Source: Octopus bimaculoides (lineage: Eukaryota). From it: DNA of 59,705 nucleotides. The position numbers and the translations under genes were made by a program. Shown here one piece after another: positions 51,271 to 59,705 of the stretch (its first letter is position 1; every line of letters starts with the position of its first letter). Location of the stretch: positions 116,807,932 through 116,867,636 of the forward strand of contig NC_068982.1 in the NCBI RefSeq assembly GCF_001194135.2. Reading direction: 5' to 3'. The notes under the pieces are model-generated. The model made no database searches. It was not told the origin of the DNA and saw only the letters and a list, made by a program, of their open reading frames with translations.

Positions 51271-52272
51271 CACATGAAAGAAGACATATACATTAACTAT
51301 AATCGTCCGAAAAGTGCCGATCGAATTCTTAATACTGATCCGTCAGTTTCGGTAATTTCCACTGCCTCATCAGTTAAGACCGCTCGATTGTTCGGCTCTT
51401 TCCGGATGCGCTTCGTCATTAGTACTATGCTTTCGTCATCCAACTAATTGCATGATTTATCGATTTTCTAATGTGTATGCATAAAGTTATTACAAACATC
51501 AGTTTGCAATGTTTCACCAAAAGGAGAATTATAAATGTCATTAAAAGACAGAAAAGACAGAGGCGAGAGAAATGGCCTGTAATCACGTGTAAGCAACAGG
51601 CAGGGGGTAAGGGGGAAGAGAGAGGATGAGGGAAAGAAACAAGGAGAGTAAGAAGGGAGAAGGAACGAAAGATAATAGGGAGTGAAAGAATGACAAGCAG
51701 GGGACAGCAAAGAAGGATTTCTTTTATGGATTAGACGTCCACCTAGCTAGACATCATTTCTCTCGCCTATCGACATTTTTTCTTCTACTGTTTTCTTCTC
51801 TTCTATTTATTGTATATCCTTTCAGAATTTCTCCCAGGTGTTACCCATTACTATTCGTCGTGGCCTAACGACCCTTAATATTTGTTTTCATCGATTGTTT
51901 ACTCTGTACACCCATTTTGTTGTTGTTTGTTCGTTCGAAGTCCTAACTCTCCACAAATTTTATATCTTTAAAGCTTCTGGATGCTGATATCTTAGGAAGT
52001 TTTCCTATCTTGTTGTTGAAAGCACGAAATAGGAAATAGTAAAACAGTCGACAACTAACGAGGAGTTATCATATTTTGGTATTTTTCCCTGTACGTATCT
52101 CTCTTGTGTTTACGTATCTTGACTCGTTGGTGATGTCTGTACTTACTGTATATTTTTTGGGTATTTCTTTTTGAGATTTTGTCCTGTACTTATCTGTCGT
52201 GTGTTGATATCCTATACTTAATGTGTATTTTTTTTATTTATTTATAATTGAATGCCACGCAGCCTTGCCTTG

Positions 52273-52284
52273 TCCACAGTAATT

Positions 52285-52354
<70 letters not shown>

Positions 52355-52432
52355 TCTTTCTCTCCCTCTCTCTTTCTCTCCCTCTCTCTCTTTCGCTCTC
52401 TCTCTCTTTCTCTCTCTCTCTTTCTCTCTATT

Positions 52433-52527
<95 letters not shown>
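52273..52527. repeat. (CT/CTTT)n followed by (CA)n compound microsatellite
   Basis: Directly visible. Similar GA/CT tracts at 2790-3040, 24200-24365, 44260-44400 and 56030-56213. Confidence 0.95.
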
Positions 52528-55219
52528 TATTTTTGTTGCTGGAACTGCTAGAAATTATGACATAATGTCTTTTAAATTTTTGAAAAGTAGGAAAGAACAC
52601 TTTTGATAATGAAGTCTAAGATAAATGACGCCTCATGTATAAAAAATGGGTGCTATGATTACTTACTATGAGTGCTTGCGGTACCATAGAACACAGTACA
52701 AACTGTTGCGTGTTCGAGTTGTCAGTGACTAAACCGTCACCTCCAGTAGGCTTACTTGGTGAAGAGGGATGGTAGACATCGAACAGGACTGTTAAAAGCA
52801 CAGATGAACCCAGTGTAAATTCATCGGACATCTAGCAAAAGCACAGGCCCTCAAACCTTCCTGGCTGGTGTTCGGCGTGCTCAGCTTGCGTTAGAGCATG
52901 TTTCTAGAAGGTGGTCACCTTGATATAAAACTAGATATGAAGGGAATGATATTGAACATTTTGGGGATATCTTACTTGCGTTTGTGATATAGTGCTTCCA
53001 TATTCCTGATCCTGCACCCCATATTGGCAGAGGATATCTTTCCCTGGCTTACCACAGGATCATGTCAATAGGATAGTTGCGCAAGCCTTATTGCTCCTTA
53101 TATTTTAGGTTGGAAAATCTCTGGCAGGGCAACTTTCTGATCCATCAAATGTAGTTATTATTCTTGCTTTTTTATGTGATTATATAGATTTAACTCAGTA
53201 TTTGACTAGTATTTCTTCTATTCCAGAAACATGAAAAGAAAATATTACTTTGATTTGATTTCAACTCAAAACGGAAAGACATAAAAAAATACCGCAGATA
53301 GATTTTCAATCTCCCCTATCAAATCTGTGAAAGTTATCGGAAATAGGCTCCTCTGCAGTCAAGAGCTTTTTGCCTCATCAAACCAAACGAGTTATAGCTC
53401 TTTCAGCCATATGATTAATCTCTGATCCAACTTGAAAAAATCTGGATTTAAGTGTTGATTACACGAAGAATAGATGAAAAGATTAATTAAAAATAAAATT
53501 TTATTTTCGTCAATTTTTTCTTTATTTATTTTTGACTCGTTAAAATCTTTTCTGTACTCTACTTAGATCAAACAACTGTTTTCTCTTATTTATGTTTTAC
53601 CATTCTTTAGATAATTTTGAAAAGCCACCTAACACTGTTTCATCACATAATCTTTGATCGCATATAACAAAATCCTGGAATACTGTAAACTATTACAAGA
53701 ATAAAATTATATTTAATTAAAGCTGCTAATATATCACCCCAAAATAATCTTCATAACAGTAAATCAGTCAATCTATCTTCCTATCGGTCGAATGATCTAA
53801 ACAATCTATGTACAAAAAAGAAAAAAAAAGAGTCGGTTTTTCTCTTAATATGTCAGCCAATTAATCAAGCTGTCAGTTAATGAAATTAAGGTGTCGAGTT
53901 ACTGTTACTTTAAGATCTATAAATAGGATCCTAGCTTTATTGAGTCTATGAAAATGCTATACCTTTAGAATGATTTGATCTCAGAAATGAAAGTGGACAA
54001 AACCCTGGTCAATCATACCATTATGTATTACATATTTTAGCTGCTAGATGGACTGAGCCATTGAAAGTCGAATCTCTTAGCACGGTTAGGTAATTTAATA
54101 AGAAATCTTCACACTTCAGTTCGTAGAGTGACTGTCTGTCTTATTTGGACGGCTTTGAATCTGGATGCAAATAAAGTATATGATCAATTATAGGAACATC
54201 TCTGAAAGTTATATATTAAATGGTAGCAATCACTGATCGGATAGCTATAAAATCAAAATATTGATATTGAAAACACGGTAACGAAGACAATTCATGTTAT
54301 TTTCAACAACTCAACAAACAAAAACAAACACAAACCAGTGGATTAGAACAAACTGCTGCCAATCGTAATTACTTTTGCTGGATAGTAAAGAAAATATATA
54401 GGAAAGGACAGAAAAATAATCAATAGTTAGAGGGATCAATATATTGAGGCAAAATAAAAACAGGGCTAATATTTATAACAACCATATGAACCGAATCTAT
54501 GATCATAGTAATATCGATCTTATTGGTAAAATAATTTCTTTCATATAGCTTTGCCGCATTTCGCCGACATCCGACGATCACATAACATAGTTCGTTCCTC
54601 TATAACAGCACTTATCCCTCCATCACAGTAATTTGCACTACGTGCCAGCCCTTTAATCGTCGTGAAACGAATGAGAATGTGACATACACGATTTCCCCGA
54701 CAGCGTATTGTACTGAAACTGCATCATGAATTGCTATTGCCTTCAGTTACGGCTATTATGTTGTTCTCACTCACCTGCCTACTACACCTGTACACCACGA
54801 CATTACCTGTAACGGCAAGGAAGAAAAAGCGATGTGAGCAAGTTTTCCCTTGGCGTATTTCGAATACATTCTGTACACAATACATTCCATTCATAGAAGC
54901 AAAGTTTTTGAAATTTGAGACAGATGTCACGAAGTATAGTACGATTCTTTGAATTTCGGTTGTTGCTATTACTATTGTTGCTTTTAGCGTGAGAGAAGAT
55001 CTGCAAGGCTTAGTTTATTACGACGTTTTATATTTCTGCTTGATTTTGATATATCCTCAGGCGGAACAAATTCAGGTAAGAGTCGTCTCCAATTCCTTTT
55101 GTTAGTATCACATTTGAACGCTTCATATTCGATAGAATTCAATTTCAATTTATACAATCTACTTTCTTCGTACACAAATACAACGAAATGTATACGGTAA
55201 CCAACATGCAATCACAACA

Positions 55220-55280
<61 letters not shown>

Positions 55281-56392
55281 TCTGTGTGTGTGTGTCTGTC
55301 TGTCTGTGTGTGTGTGTCTGTGTGTATCTATATGTGTGTATCACACATTATTTCTCTGTATATGTATGCACTGAAATACACATATAATGGTCATAATGAT
55401 ATACAATAATAGATACTTAAGCAAAAAGAAACTCACTATGTTGTTGCTGAAACTGCTAGAAATAATGACATAATCTCTTTTAAATCTTTGAAAAGTAGGA
55501 AAGAACACTTTTGATAATGCAGTCGAAGATAAACGATGCCACATATATAAAGAATGGGGGCTCATACCCGGAATGAATTTGAACCTGGTCAAGAATTTGT
55601 TCTCGGTCAGGAATGACTAAGGGATGAACGACAACTGCAAGTAGAGCAAGAACATGAGCAACAACATGAAATACGATATTAAAAGAGAGACGAATCAATA
55701 GCAAATTGTCTAATCATAAAATATAATAATTATATAATTATCATATTAAACTACTTCGTTCAAAATGAAAAGAACATCAAAGATTTCTTAAACCTACCGA
55801 CCTGTTTTATCTCTAGTTTACCGAACCGAAATGCACTTGAATAGATTACAATGAGTGACCTCCCCAGTCTTGGAGAAGGCGGTTAAAGTTACTTCAAATC
55901 AAATCCTGCTATCTTTGAAACGAAAGAGACATTTAGTAGTGTTGTCGTAATTGAACAACGTTACCTAGAAAAATGACAGGATCGTCAAAGATGGAATGTT
56001 GTTGCTCATATCTCTGTTTAGTCAAGGCTGAAAGGAAGAAAGAATAACAAAGTGAGAGGGAGGAGGGGAAGAGAAAGAGAAAAAGATAGACAGAGAGAGA
56101 GAAAGTAAAAGAGAGAGAGAGAGAGAAAAAGAAAGAAAGAGAGATAGAGAGGGAAAGAAAGAAAAAAAGAGATAGAGAAAGAGAGAGAGAGAGAGAAAAA
56201 GAAAGAAAGAGAGNNNNNNNNNNNNNNNNNNNNNNNNNNNNNNNNNNNNNNNNNNNNNNNNNNNNNNNNNNNNNNNNNNNNNNNNNNNNNNNNNNNNNNN
56301 NNNNNNNNNNNNNNNNNNNNNNNNNNNNNNNNNNNNNNNNNNNNNNNNNNNNNNNNNNNNNNNNNNNNNNNNNNNGCATATATATATGCAAA

Positions 56393-56440
<48 letters not shown>

Positions 56441-57376
56441 TGTATGTATGTGTATGTATGTATGTATGTATGTATGCATGTAAGTATGTATGCATGTAAG
56501 TATGTATGCATATATGTATGTGAGTATGTATGTATATATATATATGGGTGCATAAGTATATTCGGCATGTATTTATGTATGGCAACTATATGCATGAGTG
56601 TGCGCATGTGAGTTTCTGTGTGAGGACATATGAGCTTGTGTATGTGTGCGTCTAAGTAAATACATATATAAGCTCTTAACTTAGTTTTCATATTATATTG
56701 TCTTCGGATAGTTTTTCTCTGTGGGAAAGAAATGTTCAGATAAGAATTTCCTTACAAATAAATGTGATAGAAATGCCTGTTTATTTGTATCAAATCAAAA
56801 TCTGATAAGAATTCCCAGAAACAACATATAGGAGGAAGAAGAAATAGCTGTTATTTTCTCCATTATTTGTTTGTGCTTTATTGGATAATTCTGAATTGTA
56901 CAGATGACCAGCAATACTTGTTCGTTGATTGCCCCTCAAAAAACCTATATAAAGAAACAAAATCTAATGGAACAATGAGTGTACGTATATAAGTTTTGGT
57001 TTCATTTAATATGTATATATATATATATATATATAGATATATACACACGTACTGTCAGAGGGTGAGAGACAGAGAAAGACAGAACGATATAGTGATGGAG
57101 AGATACCCAAGAAACGTTGAACAACAAACCTTCAATGAGGTTTGTGTTTTGACGTTTGTTTTGTGATTTGTCTTCTATAAAAACAAATAAACAAATTACG
57201 ACTAGAGGTAACATATAGAAACAGAACTTAGAGTACTTTAGCCATTTTCCTTATTTCCCTTCAGTATGAAGTAGTTCTTAACTTTTCTTCTGTTCTTTAG
57301 TCTTTTTTTTTCGCTTGTTTTCTGTAACCCACATAATGTATATGTATGTATGAATATATGTATGTATGTATATATA

Positions 57377-57407
<31 letters not shown>

Positions 57408-58301
57408 NNNNNNNNNNNNNNNNNNNNNNNNNNNNNNNNNNNNNNNNNNNNNNNNNNNNNNNNNNNNNNNNNNNNNNNNNNNNNNNNNNNNNNNNNNNNN
57501 NNNNNNNNNNNNNNNNNNNNNNNNNNNNNNNNNNNNNNNNNNNNNNNNNNNNNNNNNNNNNNNNNNNNNNNNNNNNNNNNNNNNNNNNNNNNNNNNNNNN
57601 NNNNNNNNNNNNNNNNNNNNNNNNNNNNNNNNNNNNNNNNNNNNNNNNNNNNNNNNNNNNNNNNNNNNNNNNNNNNNNNNNNNNNNNNNNNNNNNNNNNN
57701 NNNNNNNNNNNNNNNNNNNNNNNNNNNNNNNNNNNNNNNNNNNNNNNNNNNNNNNNNNNNNNNNNNNNNNNNNNNNNNNNNNNNNNNNNNNNNNNNNNNN
57801 NNNNNNNNNNNNNNNNNNNNNNNNNNNNNNNNNNNNNNNNNNNNNNNNNNNNNNNNNNNNNNNNNNNNNNNNNNNNNNNNNNNNNNNNNNNNNNNNNNNN
57901 NNNNNNNNNNNNNNNNNNNNNNNNNNNNNNNNNNNNNNNNNNNNNNNNNNNNNNNNNNNNNNNNNNNNNNNNNNNNNNNNNNNNNNNNNNNNNNNNNNNN
58001 NNNNNNNNNNNNNNNNNNNNNNNNNNNNNNNNNNNNNNNNNNNNNNNNNNNNNNNNNNNNNNNNNNNNNNNNNNNNNNNNNNNNNNNNNNNNNNNNNNNN
58101 NNNNNNNNNNNNNNNNNNNNNNNNNNNNNNNNNNNNNNNNNNNNNNNNNNNNNNNNNNNNNNNNNNNNNNNNNNNNNNNNNNNNNNNNATGTGTTCGTGC
58201 TTATATGCAAGTATGTGCGTCCATCTAAACCTTGGGAGAGGCATTATGCCAGTAATAAACACACGCACTGGTTCAGTCCTTTATTAATTTATATAGTTTT
58301 T

Positions 58302-58342
58302 GTTAAATTATTTCATTGCACTCTTGCAATCTCTTCAGTAAC
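58302..58342 (-). ncRNA. Minimal hammerhead-like motif in left arm
   Basis: Exact reverse complement of 59045-59085. Confidence 0.55.
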
Positions 58343-59044
58343 TTGTCTCTCCACTTCCATTTATTTCGAATATATGATCTGGCGTTGTTTTGGCGTTGTT
58401 TCGAAACTGTTTGGTATGAGCATGTGAGTGTGTGCAAGCTCGTATGTGTGCACGCTCATATGTGTGCACGCACTTATGTGTTCGTGCTTATATGCAAGTA
58501 TGTGCGTCCATATGCGTGCCTGCAACAATTTTGTCCACATCAGATCAGACAGAGACCCCCTAACTAATCTATCTACGTTCATATTCCGCACCACATGCGT
58601 GAACATGCGGGCAGCATGGTGGTGTGCTGGACAGAGTTGGCGTGGAGGTCCTGTCTGAACGCCCCGGTGGCGCATCGTTGCGACGGGTGCGGGAGTCGGT
58701 CCTCATGGCTGGAGCGCGGCCGGTTTTGGACACCAGGTGCACGTGGATGAGGGCCTTGCGGTTGCCCATGGTTGCATGTGTTGTTCACGCATGTGGTGCG
58801 GAATATGAACGTAGATAGATTAGTTAGGGGGTCTCTGTCTGATCTGATGTGGACGAAATTGTTGCAGGTACGCATATGGATGCACATACTTGCATATAAG
58901 CACGAACACATAAGTGCGTGCACACATATGAGCGTGCACACATACGAGCTTGCACACACTCACATGCTCATACCAAACAGTTTCGAAACAACGCCAGAAC
59001 AACGCCAGATCATATATTCAAAATAAATGGAAGTGGAGAGACAA

Positions 59045-59085
59045 GTTACTGAAGAGATTGCAAGAGTGCAATGAAATAATTTAAC
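59045..59085 (+). ncRNA. Minimal hammerhead-like motif in right arm
   Basis: GUUA-CUGAAGA-G-AUUGCA-agag-UGCAAU-GAAA-U-a-A-UU-UAAC. Stem I GUUA/UAAC, 6-bp stem II, core boxes intact, AUU triplet. Confidence 0.55.
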
Positions 59086-59365
59086 AAAAAACTATATAAA
59101 TTAATAAAGGACTGAACCAGTGCGTGTGTTTATTACTGGCATAATGCCTCTCCCAAGGTTTAATTGCATATATATATATATTTATATATATATATATATA
59201 TCATTTCGCATTTGTCTTGCTTCTATATTCATCCCTGACGATGAATATATGTGCAATTCCAGCACATCTTACTTTTTGGGAGTAGGGTACACATATATTT
59301 TGAAACATATATAGGAATTAAAGGAACTTTTGTTTATATGCGTTTTGCTCCATTTAATATTTTTA

Positions 59366-59404
<39 letters not shown>

Positions 59405-59705
59405 TTCGATTTATAAATATATATATATATATATACATACATACATATACATACATATATATGTATGTATATGTATATATATACATATAAATATAAGGAA
59501 TAAAATTGTTTGAATGGTATAACAATGCACTATAATACAAAAAATGGACTATATACCTGTTGTAATTTAGTTACCTATAGTCTGATGATATTTCGGAATA
59601 AAATTCCTTCTTCAGATATTCTTAGATGGAGTCGCTATATATATATATACATACATACATATACATACATATATATGTATGTATATGTATATATATACAT
59701 ATAAA

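Larger units (their letters stand above)
58226..59162. mobile_element. Palindromic element: 380-bp inverted arms around a 176-bp GC-rich spacer
   Basis: Arms 58226-58605 and 58782-59162 are reverse complements with about 5 substitutions and 1 homopolymer indel. Confidence 0.93.

Noticed and set aside
54724-55211. Overlapping 67-75-aa ORFs as a host gene
   Set aside because: No splice signals or domain motifs were recognised; the lengths are within chance expectation.

Overview
AT-rich eukaryotic scaffold, dense in microsatellites and transposons, with 17 N-gaps totalling about 5.4 kb. The SINE, RTE, R4 and mariner repertoire resembles an octopod cephalopod (Octopus-like); that assignment is inference from my recognition of the repeats. 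I find no intact host protein-coding gene, rRNA, functional tRNA or CRISPR array, and most ORFs in the track come from microsatellites or gaps. Recognisable coding relics: five Tc1/mariner-superfamily elements, one 5'-truncated RTE LINE, several R4/Dong-type non-LTR pieces (restriction-like endonuclease type) lying next to (TAA)n tracts, and two faint Penelope-like relics. There are also many tRNA-derived SINE copies. The most unusual signal is a recurring set of minimal type I hammerhead-ribozyme (HHR) motifs. Several lie near the outer ends of large inverted-repeat elements and point outward: (i) an HHR<-(TTA)n<-tRNA|tRNA->(AAT)n->HHR palindrome at 31561-34857, split by an R4 insertion; (ii) a 380-bp near-perfect inverted repeat at 58226-59162 around a GC-rich, coding-like spacer; (iii) an interleaved double inverted repeat at 38793-39548; (iv) a canonical-looking single HHR at 37366-37413. 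Together they suggest non-autonomous, ribozyme-bearing, palindromic retroelements probably mobilised by Penelope-like elements. Ribozyme activity and novelty are unverified.
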